Shown: positions 15,201 through 30,536 of the stretch, piece by piece
Layout of the letters: the number at the start of each line of letters is the position of its first letter
How positions within the stretch are numbered: position 1 is the first letter of the stretch
Source of the DNA: the human T2T-CHM13v2.0 reference genome, Homo sapiens
DNA: 64,000 nt
NCBI RefSeq assembly: GCF_009914755.1
Contig: NC_060940.1
Reading direction: 5' to 3' (one strand)
Notes under the pieces: model-generated
What the model was told of the DNA's origin: nothing
Database searches by the model: none
Seen by the model: only the letters and a program-made list of their open reading frames with translations
Program-made: the position numbers and the translations under genes

Positions 15201-18200
15201 TTCCATGACGATTCCGTTCGAGTCCATTTGATGATTCCATTAGACTCCATTCGACGATGATTCCATTCGATGTTATTCGATGATTCCATTCGATCTCATT
15301 CGATGATGATTCCATTCAACTCCATTCGATGTTTCCATTCGAGTTCATTCTATTATTCCATTAGATTCCATTCGATGATGATTCCATTCGATTCCATTTG
15401 ATGATTGCATTCTATTTCATTTGATGATGATTCCATTCGAGTCCACTCGATGATTCCATTCGAGTCCATTTAATGAATCCATTGGTTTCAATTCTATGAT
15501 GATTACATTGGATTCCATTCGTTGATGATTTCATTCGGTTCCATTCAATGATGATTCCATTCAATTCCTTTCAATGTTTCCATTCAATTCCATACGATGA
15601 TGATTCCATTTGATTTGATTCGACAGTGAGCCATTCGATTCAATTCCATGATGATTCTATTTGATTCCATTGGTTGACATTTCCATTCGATTCCATTCGA
15701 TGATGATTCCCTTTGATTCCATTCAAAGATGATTCCATTCTAGCCCATTCAATCATTCCATTCGATTCTATTCAATGATGATTCCATTCATGTCGATTTG
15801 GTGATTCCATTTGACTTCATTTGATGATGATTCCTTTCAAGTTCATTAGATGATTCCATTCGATTCCATTTGATGATGATCCCATTCGAGTCCATTCAGT
15901 GATTCCACTCGTTTCCATTCCATGATGATTCCATTCCATTCCATTCAATGATTCCATTCGATTCCGTTTGATGATGATTTCATTCGAGTCCATTTGATGA
16001 TTCCATTTGATTCCATTCGATGATGATTCCATTCGAGTCCATTCGATGATTCTATTCGAATCCATTTGATGATTTCTTTTGATTATATTTGGTGATGATT
16101 CCATTGGAGTCCATTCAATGATTCCATTCGATTCCAATCGATGGTGATTCCATTAGAGTCCATTTAATGATTCCATTTGATTCCAGTCTCTGATGATTAC
16201 ATTCGAGTCCATACGATGATTCCACTCAATTCCATATCATGATGATTCCATTCGATTCCATTCGATGATTCCATTCTATTCTATTCAATGGTGATTCCAT
16301 TCGAGTACATTAGATGATTCCATTCGATTCCATTCAATGATGATTCTATTTGTGTCCCTTAGATGATTCCACATGATTCCATTAGATGATGATACTATTT
16401 GAGCCCATCCAATGATTCCCTTCGATTCCATTCGATGAGGATTCCATTCGATTCAATTCATTGGTGATTCTATTCAATTCAATTCTTTGATTCCATTCCA
16501 TTCCATTCGACAATGATTCCATTCGATTTCTTTCGATGATTCCACTCGATTCCACTTGACATTGATTCCCTTCGATTCCATTCAATGATTCCATTTGATT
16601 CCAGTGGATGATGATTGCCATCGATTCCATTTGATCACTCCATTCTATTCCACTTGATGATGATTACATTCGATTCCATTTGACGATTCCATCTGATTCT
16701 ATTCGAGGATTCCATTTGATTCCATTCGATGATGATTCCATTCGAGTCCATTCGATGATATCATTCGAGTACATCCAATGATTCCATTCGAGTCCATTTG
16801 ATGATTCCATTTGATTCCATTTGATAATGATTCTACTAGAGTCCATTCAATGACTCCATTGGAGTCCATTCAACAATTCCATTCGACTCCATTTGATGAT
16901 TCCATTGGATTCCATTTGATGATTCCATTCGAGTCCATTTAATCATTACAATCGAGTCCATTTGGTGATTCCACCGGCTTTCTTTTGATAATGATATCAT
17001 TCAATTACATTTAATGATGATCCCATTCAATTTCATTTGATGATGATTCCATTAGAGTCCATTCGATGATTTCATTCGAGTCCCTTCATTGATTACATCC
17101 GATTTCATTGGATGATGACTCCATTCGAGTCCATTCGATGATTCCACTCGATTCCATTAGATGATTCCATTGGAGTCCATTTGATTGATCCATTCGATTC
17201 CATTCGATTCCTTTCGAAGATTATTCCATTTGAGTCCATTCGATGATGATTCCATTCCATTCCATTCGATGATTCCGTTTGATTCCATTCGATGATTCCC
17301 TTCGATTCCTTTCTTTGATGATTCCATTCCATTCCATTCAATGATTCCATTCGAATCTATTCCATGATGATTCCTTTCGATTCCATTCGCTGATGTTTCC
17401 GTTCAATTCCATTCGATGATGATTCCATTCGATTCCATTCATTGAGGATTCCATTTGATTCCATTCAATGATGATTCCGTTCTATTCCATTCAATGATTG
17501 CATTCAATTCCATTCAGTGATTATCCCCTTAGAGTAAACTCAACGATTCCATTCAATACCATTCGATGATGATTCCTTTTGAGTCCATTCAATGATTTCA
17601 TTCAAGTCCATTTGATGATTCCTTTCAATTCCATTCTATGATGATTCCATTCGAGTCCATTCGATGATTCCATTCGATTGCATTCGATGATTCCATTATA
17701 TTCCAGTCAACGATGATTCCATTCGAGTCCATTCGATGATTCCATTAGAGTACATTTAATGATTGCTTTGTTTTCAATTCGAAGATGATTACATTGGATT
17801 CCATTCTATGATACCATTCGATTCCATTCAATGATGATTCCACTCAAATCCATTGGATGATTCCATTCGTGTCCATTCGGTGATTTCATTAGATTCCATT
17901 CGAGGATGATTCCATTCGATTCCATTCGATGATTCCATTCAATTCCATTCGAGGATGATTCCATTCCAGTCCATATGATCATTCCATTTGATTTCATTCG
18001 ATGATGATTCCATTCGATTCCATTCGATGATTCCATTCTATTCCATTCGATGATGATTCCATTCGAGTCCATTCGATGATTCCATTCGAGTCCATTTAAT
18101 GATTCCATTGGGTTCAATTCAATGATGATTACATTGGATTCCGTTCTATGATTCCATTCAATTCCGTTCATTGACAATTTGATTCCATTCGATGATGATT

Positions 18201-18362
18201 CCATTTGAGTTCATTCGATGATTCTATTCGATTCTCTTCGATGGTGATTCAATTCTATTATATTGGATGATTCCATTCGATTCCATTTGATGTTGATTCA
18301 ATTCGATTCTATTCGATGATGATTCCATTGGATTTCACTTGATGATTCTATTCGATTCCATT
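12225..18362 (+). repeat. HOR copy 3, 6,138 bp (26-bp monomer duplication at 14829-14880)
   Basis: Marker at 12225 and 18363; gatgatgattccattcgactccattc is present twice where other copies have it once. Confidence 0.95.
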
Positions 18363-21300
18363 CAATGATGATTCACTTCTCGTCCATTGGATGATTCCAT
18401 TTCATTCCATTCGATGATGATTCCATTCGATTCCATTCGATGATTCCATTTGATTCCATGCGTCGGTGAGCAATTCGATTCAATTCCATGATGATTCTAT
18501 TTGATTCAATTAGATGATGTTTCCATTCGAATCCATTCCATGATTATTCCATTGGAATCCATTCGGCGATGATTCCATATGAGTCAATTCAATGATGATT
18601 CCATATGGGTCCGTTCGATGATAATTCCATTTGATTTCATTCGGTGCTTCTATTCAATTCCAGTCGATGATGATTCCGTTGGAGTCCATACGATGATTCC
18701 ATTTGATTTCATTTGATGATGATTCCATTCGATGATGATTACATTGGATTCCATTCTATGATTCCATTCAATTCCATTCGTTGATGATTCGATTCCATTC
18801 AATGATGATTCCATTTGAGTTCATTCGATGATTCTATTCGATTCCGTTCGATGGTGATTCAATTCTCTTATATTGGATGAATCCACTCGATTCCATTTGA
18901 TGATTATTCCATTGGAGTCCACTTAGTGAATCCTTCAGATTCTACTCGAAGATGATTCCATTCAAGTCCATTCGATGATACCATTCAATTCCATTCGTTG
19001 ATGCTTCCATTCAAGTGCATTCGATGATATCATTCGATTCCATTTGATGATAATTCCATTTGATTCCGTGCGATGATTCTATTCGATTCCATTCAATGAT
19101 AATTCCATTCAGTTCAGTGATTCCTCTGGACTCCATTTGATGATGATTCCATTCAATGATTCCATTCGATTCTATTCGAAAGTGATTCCATTTGAATCCA
19201 TTTGATGATGATTCCATTAGATTCCATTTGATGATTCCATTCGATTCCATGCGACGATGATTCCATTCGATTCCATGTGATGATTCCATTCTATTCTATT
19301 CGATGATGATTCCATTCGATTCCATTCGATGATGATTGGATTCGATTCCATTTGATGATATCATTTGATTCCATTCGTTAATGATTTCGATCAATTCCAT
19401 TCGATGATTCCATTCGATTCCATTCGATAATGATTACATCCGTGTCCATTCAGTGATTCCATTTGAGCCTGTTCGATAATTCCATTTGAGTCCAACCAAT
19501 GATTCCATTCATTTCCATTCAATGATTCCATTCGAGTCCATTTGATCATTCCGGTAGGGTCCATTCGATGTTGATTCCATTGGAGTGCATTCGATGATTC
19601 CATTCGAGTCCATTTTACGATTTGATTCGAGTCCTTTCGATGATTCCATTCGATTCCACTCGATGATGATTTCATTCGAGTCCATTCGACACTTCCAATC
19701 GATTCCATTTGATGTTTCCATTCGATTCCAATTGATGATTCCATTCAATTCCATTCGATGATGATTCCGTAGGATTCCATTCTGTGATGATTCCATGTGA
19801 TTGCATTCAATGATGATTCCTTTAGATTGCATTCGATTGTGATTCATTTCGTCTTCATTCTATGGTTCCACAGGTTTCCATTCGTGTCCATTCCATTATT
19901 CCATTCTATTCCATTTGATGATGATTCCATTCGATTCCATTCATTGGTGATTCCACTCAATTCCATTCAATGATTCCATTCCATTTCTTTCAACAATGAT
20001 TCCATTAGTTTCTAATCGATGATCCACTTGATTCCATTTGACGACGATTCCATTCTTGTCCATTCGATGGTTCCATTTGATTCCATATGATGATGATTCC
20101 ATTCGATTCCATACGATGATGATTCCATTCGAGTCCATTCAATGGTGATTCCATTCAATTCCATTCGATGATTCCTTTCGATTCCATTCGATGATGATGG
20201 CATTCGATTCCTTTCAATCATTCCCTTTGATTCCATTCAAAGGTGATTTCATTCAAGTCCATTCGATAATTGCATTCGATTCCATTCTATGATGATTCCA
20301 TTCGAGTCCATTTGATGATTCCATTCAATTCAAGTCAATGATGATTCCATTCGATTCCATTCGATGATTCCATTGGATTCCATTCGATGATGATTCCATT
20401 CAAATCCATTCGATAATTCAATTCAAGTCCATTCGATGATGATTAAAATCGAATCCATTCAAAGATTCCATTCAGTTCCATTCGATGATTCCCTTAGATT
20501 CCATTCGATGATTCCACTTGATTTCATTTACGATGATTCCATTCGATTCCATGTGATGATTCCATTCAATTCTATTCAATGCTGTTTCCATTTGATTCCA
20601 TTCGACCATGATTGCCTTTGATTCCATTCAATGACTCCATTCGGTTCCTTTTGATGATGATTCCGTTCGATTCCATTTCATTATTCCATTTGATTCCATT
20701 GGATGAGTCCATTCGATTACATTCGATGATTATTCCATTCGAGTGCATTAGATGATTCCATTCGAGTCCATTCGATGATTCCATTCGATTCCATTCGATG
20801 TTGATTCTGTTCAAATCCATTCGATGATTCCACTCGATTCCATTCGATGACTCCAGTTGATCCCATTCGATGATTTCCTTTGATTCCCTTTGATGATCAT
20901 TCCATTTGATTCAATTCGGTGATTTCATTTGATTCCATTCAGTGATGTTTCCATTCGACTCCATTCGATGATGATTCCATTCGACTCCATTCGATTATGA
21001 TTTCATTCAATTCCATTCGATAATGATTCCCTTCGAGTCCATTCGATGATTCCATTCGATTCCATTCAACGATGATTTGATTCGTGTCCATTCGATGATT
21101 CCATTTGATTCCACTTGATGATGATTCCATTCGAGTCCATTTGATGATTCCATTCAATTCCATTCTCCGATGATTTCTTTTGAGCCCACTCAATGCTTCC
21201 ACTCGATTCCATATGATGATGACTCCATTCGATGAAATTCGATGATGATTCCATTCGCTTGCATTCGATGATGATTCCACTTGAGTCCATTAGAAGATTC

Positions 21301-24300
21301 TATTCAATTACATTCCATGACGATTCCGTTCGAGTCCATTTGATGATTCCATTAGACTCCATTCGACGATGATTCCATTCGATGTTATTCGATGATTCCA
21401 TTCGATCTCATTCGATGATGATTCCATTCAACTCCATTCGATGTTTCCATTCGAGTTCATTCTATTATTCCATTAGATTCCATTCGATGATGATTCCATT
21501 CGATTCCATTTGATGATTGCATTCTATTTCATTTGATGATGATTCCATTCGAGTCCACTCGATGATTCCATTCGAGTCCATTTAATGAATCCATTGGTTT
21601 CAATTCTATGATGATTACATTGGATTCCATTCGTTGATGATTTCATTCGGTTCCATTCAATGATGATTCCATTCAATTCCTTTCAATGTTTCCATTCAAT
21701 TCCATACGATGATGATTCCATTTGATTTGATTCGACAGTGAGCCATTCGATTCAATTCCATGATGATTCTATTTGATTCCATTGGTTGACATTTCCATTC
21801 GATTCCATTCGATGATGATTCCCTTTGATTCCATTCAAAGATGATTCCATTCTAGCCCATTCAATCATTCCATTCGATTCTATTCAATGATGATTCCATT
21901 CATGTCGATTAGGTGATTCCATTTGACTTCATTTGATGATGATTCCTTTCAAGTTCATTAGATGATTCCATTCGATTCCATTTGATGATGATCCCATTCG
22001 AGTCCATTCAGTGATTCCACTCGTTTCCATTCCATGATGATTCCATTCCATTCCATTCAATGATTCCATTCGATTCCGTTTGATGATGATTTCATTCGAG
22101 TCCATTTGATGATTCCATTTGATTCCATTCGATGATGATTCCATTCGAGTCCATTCGATGATTCTATTCGAATCCATTTGATGATTTTTTTGATTATATT
22201 TGGTGATGATTCCATTGGAGTCCATTCAATGATTCCATTCGATTCCAATCGATGGTGATTCCATTAGAGTCCATTTAATGATTCCATTTGATTCCAGTCT
22301 CTGATGATTACATTCGAGTCCATACGATGATTCCACTCAATTCCATATCATGATGATTCCATTCGATTCCATTCGATGATTCCATTCTATTCTATTCAAT
22401 GGTGATTCCATTCGAGTACATTAGATGATTCCATTCGATTCCATTCAATGATGATTCTATTTGTGTCCCTTAGATGATTCCACATGATTCCATTAGATGA
22501 TGATACTATTTGAGCCCATCCAATGATTCCCTTCGATTCCATTCGATGAGGATTCCATTCGATTCAATTCATTGGTGATTCTATTCAATTCAATTCTTTG
22601 ATTCCATTCCATTCCATTCGACAATGATTCCATTCGATTTCTTTCGATGATTCCACTCGATTCCACTTGACATTGATTCCCTTCGATTCCATTCAATGAT
22701 TCCATTTGATTCCAGTGGATGATGATTGCCATCGATTCCATTTGATCACTCCATTCTATTCCACTTGATGATGATTACATTCGATTCCATTTGACGATTC
22801 CATCTGATTCTATTCGAGGATTCCATTTGATTCCATTCGATGATGATTCCATTCGAGTCCATTCGATGATATCATTCGAGTACATCCAATGATTCCATTC
22901 GAGTCCATTTGATGATTCCATTTGATTCCATTTGATAATGATTCTACTAGAGTCCATTCAATGACTCCATTGGAGTCCATTCAACAATTCCATTCGACTC
23001 CATTTGATGATTCCATTGGATTCCATTTGATGATTCCATTCGAGTCCATTTAATCATTACAATCGAGTCCATTTGGTGATTCCACCGGCTTTCTTTTGAT
23101 AATGATATCATTCAATTACATTTAATGATGATCCCATTCAATTTCATTTGATGATGATTCCATTAGAGTCCATTCGATGATTTCATTCGAGTCCCTTCAT
23201 TGATTCCATCCGATTTCATTGGATGATGACTCCATTCGAGTCCATTCGATGATTCCACTCGATTCCATTAGATGATTCCATTGGAGTCCATTTGATTGTT
23301 CCATTCGATTCCATTCGATTCCTTTCGAAGATTATTCCATTTGAGTCCATTCGATGATGATTCCATTCCATTCCATTCGATGATTCCGTTTGATTCCATT
23401 CGATGATTCCCTTCCATTCCTTTCTTTGATGATTCCATTCCATTCCATTCAATGATTCCATTCGAATCTATTCCATGATGATTCCTTTCGATTCCATTCG
23501 CTGATGTTTCCGTTCAATTCCATTCGATGATGATTCCATTCGATTCCATTCATTGAGGATTCCATTTGATTCCATTCAATGATGATTCCGTTCTATTCCA
23601 TTCAATGATTGCATTCAATTCCATTCAGTGATTATCCCCTTAGAGTAAACTCAACGATTCCATTCAATACCATTCGATGATGATTCCTTTTGAGTCCATT
23701 CAATGATTTCATTCAAGTCCATTTGATGATTCCTTTCAATTCCATTCTATGATGATTCCATTCGAGTCCATTCGATGATTCCATTCGATTGCATTCGATT
23801 ATTCCATTATATTCCAGTCAACGATGATTCCATTCGAGTCCATTCGATGATTCCATTAGAGTACATTTAATGATTGCTTTGTTTTCAATTCGAAGATGAT
23901 TACATTGGATTCCATTCTATGATACCATTCGATTCCATTCAATGATGATTCCACTCAAATCCATTGGATGATTCCATTCGTGTCCATTCGGTGATTTCAT
24001 TAGATTCCATTCGAGGATGATTCCATTCGATTCCATTCGATGATTCCATTCAATTCCATTCGAGGATGATTCCATTCCAGTCCATATGATCATTCCATTT
24101 GATTTCATTCGATGATGATTCCATTCGATTCCATTCGATGATTCCATTCTATTCCATTCGATGATGATTCCATTCGAGTCCATTCGATGATTCCATTCGA
24201 GTCCATTTAATGATTCCATTGGGTTCAATTCAATGATGATTACATTGGATTCCGTTCTATGATTCCATTCAATTCCGTTCATTGACAATTTGATTCCATT

Positions 24301-24473
24301 CGATGATGATTCCATTTGAGTTCATTCGATGATTCTATTCGATTCTCTTCGATGGTGATTCAATTCTATTATATTGGATGATTCCATTCGATTCCATTTG
24401 ATGTTGATTCAATTCGATTCTATTCGATGATGATTCCATTGGATTTCACTTGATGATTCTATTCGATTCCATT
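18363..24473 (+). repeat. HOR copy 4, 6,111 bp (1-bp deletion creating T7 at 22185-22191)
   Basis: Marker at 18363 and 24474; gatttcttttgatt reads gatttttttgatt here; the offset shifts by -1 after this point. Confidence 0.95.
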
Positions 24474-27400
24474 CAATGATGATTCACTTCTCGTCCATTG
24501 GATGATTCCATTTCATTCCATTCGATGATGATTCCATTCGATTCCATTCGATGATTCCATTTGATTCCATGCGTCGGTGAGCAATTCGATTCAATTCCAT
24601 GATGATTCTATTTGATTCAATTAGATGATGTTTCCATTCGAATCCATTCCATGATTATTCCATTGGAATCCATTCGGCGATGATTCCATATGAGTCAATT
24701 CAATGATGATTCCATATGGGTCCGTTCGATGATAATTCCATTTGATTTCATTCGGTGCTTCTATTCAATTCCAGTCGATGATGATTCCGTTGGAGTCCAT
24801 ACGATGATTCCATTTGATTTCATTTGATGATGATTCCATTCGATGATGATTACATTGGATTCCATTCTATGATTCCATTCAATTCCATTCGTTGATGATT
24901 CGATTCCATTCAATGATGATTCCATTTGAGTTCATTCGATGATTCTATTCGATTCCGTTCGATGGTGATTCAATTCTCTTATATTGGATGAATCCACTCG
25001 ATTCCATTTGATGATTATTCCATTGGAGTCCACTTAGTGAATCCTTCAGATTCTACTCGAAGATGATTCCATTCAAGTCCATTCGATGATACCATTCAAT
25101 TCCATTCGTTGATGCTTCCATTCAAGTGCATTCGATGATATCATTCGATTCCATTTGATGATAATTCCATTTGATTCCATGCGATGATTCTATTCGATTC
25201 CATTCAATGATAATTCCATTCAGTTCAGTGATTCCTCTGGACTCCATTTGATGATGATTCCATTCAATGATTCCATTCGATTCTATTCGAAAGTGATTCC
25301 ATTTGAATCCATTTGATGATGATTCCATTAGATTCCATTTGATGATTCCATTCGATTCCATGCGACGATGATTCCATTCAATTCCATGTGATGATTCCAT
25401 TCTATTCTATTCGATGATGATTCCATTCGATTCCATTCGATGATGATTGGATTCGATTCCATTTGATGATATCATTTGATTCCATTCGTTAATGATTTCG
25501 ATCAATTCCATTCGATGATTCCATTCGATTCCATTCGATAATGATTACATCCGTGTCCATTCAGTGATTCCATTTGAGCCTGTTCGATAACTCCATTTGA
25601 GTCCAACCAATGATTCCATTCATTTCCATTCAATGATTCCATTCGAGTCCATTTGATCATTCCGGTAGGGTCCATTCGATGTTGATTCCATTGGAGTGCA
25701 TTCGATGATTCCATTCGAGTCCATTTTACGATTTGATTCGAGTCCTTTCGATGATTCCATTCGATTCCACTCGATGATGATTTCATTCGAGTCCATTCGA
25801 CACTTCCAATCGATTCCATTTGATGTTTCCATTCGAGTCCAATTGATGATTCCATTCAATTCCATTCGATGATGATTCCGTAGGATTCCATTCTGTGATG
25901 ATTCCATGTGATTGCATTCAATGATGATTCCTTTAGATTGCATTCGATTGTGATTCATTTCGTCTTCACTCTATGGTTCCACAGGTTTCCATTCGTGTCC
26001 ATTCCATTATTCCATTCTATTCCATTTGATGATGATTCCATTCGATTCCATTCATTGGTGATTCCACTCAATTCCATTCAATGATTCCATTCCATTTCTT
26101 TCAACAATGATTCCATTAGTTTCTAATCGATGATCCACTTGATTCCATTTGACGACGATTCCATTCTTGTCCATTCGATGATTCCATTTGATTCCATATG
26201 ATGATGATTCCATTCGATTCCATACGATGATGATTCCATTCGAGTCCATTCAATGGTGATTCCATTCAATTCCATTCGATGATTCCTTTCGATTCCATTC
26301 GATGATGATGGCATTCGATTCCTTTCAATCATTCCCTTTGATTCCATTCAAAGGTGATTTCATTCAAGTCCATTCGATAATTGCATTCGATTCCATTCTA
26401 TGATGATTCCATTCGAGTCCATTTGATGATTCCATTCAATTCAAGTCAATGATGATTCCATTCGATTCCATTCGATGATTACATTGGATTCCATTCGATG
26501 ATGATTCCATTCAAATCCATTCGATAATTCAATTCAAGTCCATTCGATGATGATTAAAATCGAATCCATTCAAAGATTCCATTCAGTTCCATTCGATGAT
26601 TCCCTTAGATTCCATTCGATGATTCCACTTGATTTCATTTACGATGATTCCATTCGATTCCATGTGATGATTCCATTCAATTCTATTCAATGCTGTTTCC
26701 ATTTGATTCCATTCGACCATGATTGCCTTTGATTCCATTCAATGACTCCATTCGGTTCCTTTTGATGATGATTCCGTTCGATTCCATTTCATTATTCCAT
26801 TTGATTCCATTGGATGAGTCCATTCGATTACATTCGATGATTATTCCATTCGAGTGCATTAGATGATTCCATTCGAGTCCATTCGATGATTCCATTCGAT
26901 TCCATTCGATGTTGATTCTGTTCAAATCCATTCGATGATTCCACTCGATTCCATTCGATGACTCCAGTTGATCCCATTCGATGATTTCCTTTGATTCCCT
27001 TTGATGATCATTCCATTTGATTCAATTCGGTGATTTCATTTGATTCCATTCAGTGATGTTTCCATTCGACTCCATTCGATGATGATTCCATTCGACTCCA
27101 TTCGATTATGATTTCATTCAATTCCATTCGATAATGATTCCCTTTGAGTCCATTCGATGATTCCATTCGATTCCATTCAACGATGATTTGATTCGTGTCC
27201 ATTCGATGATTCCATTTGATTCCACTTGATGATGATTCCATTCGAGTCCATTTGATGATTCCATTCAATTCCATTCTCCGATGATTTCTTTTGAGCCCAC
27301 ACAATGCTTCCACTCGATTCCATATGATGATGACTCCATTCGATGAAATTCGATGATGATTCCATTCGCTTGCATTCGATGATGATTCCACTTGAGTCCA

Positions 27401-30400
27401 TTAGAAGATTCTATTCAATTACATTCCATGACGATTCCGTTCGAGTCCATTTGATGATTCCATTAGACTCCATTCGACGATGATTCCATTCGATGTTATT
27501 CGATGATTCCATTCGATCTCATTCGATGATGATTCCATTCAACTCCATTCGATGTTTCCATTCGAGTTCATTCTATTATTCCATTAGATTCCATTCGATG
27601 ATGATTCCATTCGATTCCATTTGATGATTGCATTCTATTTCATTTGATGATGATTCCATTCGAGTCCACTCGATGATTCCATTCGAGTCCATTTAATGAA
27701 TCCATTGGTTTCAATTCTATGATGATTACATTGGATTCCATTCGTTGATGATTTCATTCGGTTCCATTCAATGATGATTCCATTCAATTCCTTTCAATGT
27801 TTCCATTCAATTCCATACGATGATGATTCCATTTGATTTGATTCGACAGGGAGCCATTCGATTCAATTCCATGATGATTCTATTTGATTCCATTGGTTGA
27901 CATTTCCATTCGATTCCATTCGATGATGATTCCCTTTGATTCCATTCAAAGATGATTCCATTCTAGCCCATTCAATCATTCCATTCGATTCTATTCAATG
28001 ATGATTCCATTCATGTCGATTTGGTGATTCCATTTGACTTCATTTGATGATGATTCCTTTCAAGTTCATTAGATGATTCCATTCGATTCCATTTGATGAT
28101 GATCCCATTCGAGTCCATTCAGTGATTCCACTCGTTTCCATTCCATGATGATTCCATTCCATTCCATTCAATGATTCCATTCGATTCCGTTTGATGATGA
28201 TTTCATTCGAGTCCATTTGATGATTCCATTTGATTCCATTCGATGATGATTCCATTCGAGTCCATTCGATGATTCTATTCGAATCCATTTGATGATTTCT
28301 TTTGATTATAGTTGGTGATGATTCCATTGGAGTCCATTCAATGATTCCATTTGATTCCAGTCTCTGATGATTACATTCGAGTCCATACGATGATTCCACT
28401 CAATTCCATATGATGATGATTCCATTCGATTCCATTCGGTGATTCCATTCTATTCTATTCAATGGTGATTCCATTCGAGTACATTAGATGATTCCATTCG
28501 ATTCCATTCAATGATGATTCTATTTGTGTCCCTTAGATGATTCCACATGATTCCATTAGATGATGATACTATTTGAGCCCATCCAATGATACCCTTCGAT
28601 ATCATTCGATGAGGATTCCATTCGATTCAATTCATTGGTGATTCTATTCAATTCAATTCTTTGATTCCATTCCATTCCATTCGACAATGATTCCATTCGA
28701 TTTCTTTCGATGATTCCACTCGATTCCACTTGACATTGATTCCCTTCGATTCCATTCAATGATTCCATTTGATTCCAGTGGATGATGATTGCCATCGATT
28801 CCATTCGATCACTCCATTCTATTCCATTTGATGATGATTACATTCGATTCCATTTGACGATTCCATCTGATTCTATTCGAGGATTCCATTTGATTCCATT
28901 CGATGATGATTCCATTCGAGTCCATTCGATGATTTCATTCGAGTACATCCAATGATTCCATTCGAGTCCATTTGATGATTCCATTTGATTCCATTTGATA
29001 ATGATTCTACTAGAGTCCATTCAATGACTCCATTCGAGTCCATTCAACAATTCCATTCGACTCCATTTGATGATTCCATTGGATTCCATTTGATGATTCC
29101 ATTCGAGTCCATTTAATCATTACAGTCGAGTCCATTTGGTGATTCCACCGGATTTCTTTTGATAATGATACCATTCAATTACATTTGATGATGATCCCAT
29201 TCAATTTCATTTGATGATGATTCCATTAGAGTCCATTCGATGATTTCATTCGAGTCCCTTCATTGATTCCATCCGATTTCATTGGATGATGACTCCATTC
29301 GAGTCCATTCGATGATTCCACTCGATTCCATTAGATGATTCCATTGGAGTCCATTTGATTGTTCCATTCGATTCCATTCGATTCCTTTCGAAGATTATTC
29401 CATTTGAGTCCATTCGATGATGATTCCATTCCATTCCATTCGATGATTCCGTTTGATTCCATTCGATGATTCCCTTCGATTCCTTTCTTTGATGATTCCA
29501 TTCCATTCCATTCAATGATTCCATTCGAATCTATTCCATGATGATTCCTTTCGATTCCATTCGCTGATGTTTCCGTTCAATTCCATTCGATGATGATTCC
29601 ATTCGATTCCATTCATTGAGGATTCCATTTGATTCCATTCAATGATGATTCCGTTCTATTCCATTCAATGATTGCATTCAATTCCATTCAATGATTATCC
29701 CCTTAGAGTAAACTCAACGATTCCATTCAATACCATTCGATGATGATTCCTTTTGAGTCCATTCAATGATTTCATTCAAGTCCATTTGATGATTCCTTTC
29801 AATTCCATTCTATGATGATTCCATTCGAGTCCATTCGATGATTCCATTCGATTGCATTCGATTATTCCATTATATTCCAGTCAACGATGATTCCATTCGA
29901 GTCCATTCGATGATTCCATTAGAGTACATTTAATGATTGCTTTGTTTTCAATTCGAAGATGATTACATTGGATTCCATTCTATGATACCATTCGATTCCA
30001 TTCAATGATGATTCCACTCAAATCCATTGGATGATTCCATTCGTGTCCATTCGGTGATTTCATTAGATTCCATTCGAGGATGATTCCATTCGATTCCATT
30101 CGATGATTCCATTCAATTCCATTCGAGGATGATTCCATTCCAGTCCATATGATCATTCCATTTGATTTCATTCGATGATGATTCCATTCGATTCCATTCG
30201 ATGATTCCATTCTATTCCATTCGATGATGATTCCATTCGAGTCCATTCGATGATTCCATTCGAGTCCATTTAATGATTCCATTGGGTTCAATTCAATGAT
30301 GATTACATTGGATTCCGTTCTATGATTCCATTCAATTCCGTTCATTGACAATTTGATTCCATTCGATGATGATTCCATTTGAGTTCATTCGATGATTCTA

Positions 30401-30536
30401 TTCGATTCTCTTCGATGGTGATTCAATTCTATTATATTGGATGATTCCATTCGATTCCATTTGATGTTGATTCAATTCGATTCTATTCGATGATGATTCC
30501 ATTGGATTTCACTTGATGATTCTATTCGATTCCATT
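24474..30536 (+). repeat. HOR copy 5, 6,063 bp (49-bp deletion near 28350)
   Basis: Marker at 24474 and 30537; the segment containing ccaatcgatggtgattccattagagtccatttaa is missing; the ORF offset drops by 49. Confidence 0.95.

Noticed and set aside
22185-22191. 1-bp deletion frameshifting an ORF (pseudogene-like)
   Set aside because: The ORF is spurious, and the event lies in a T-run so it could be a private mutation or a consensus error.
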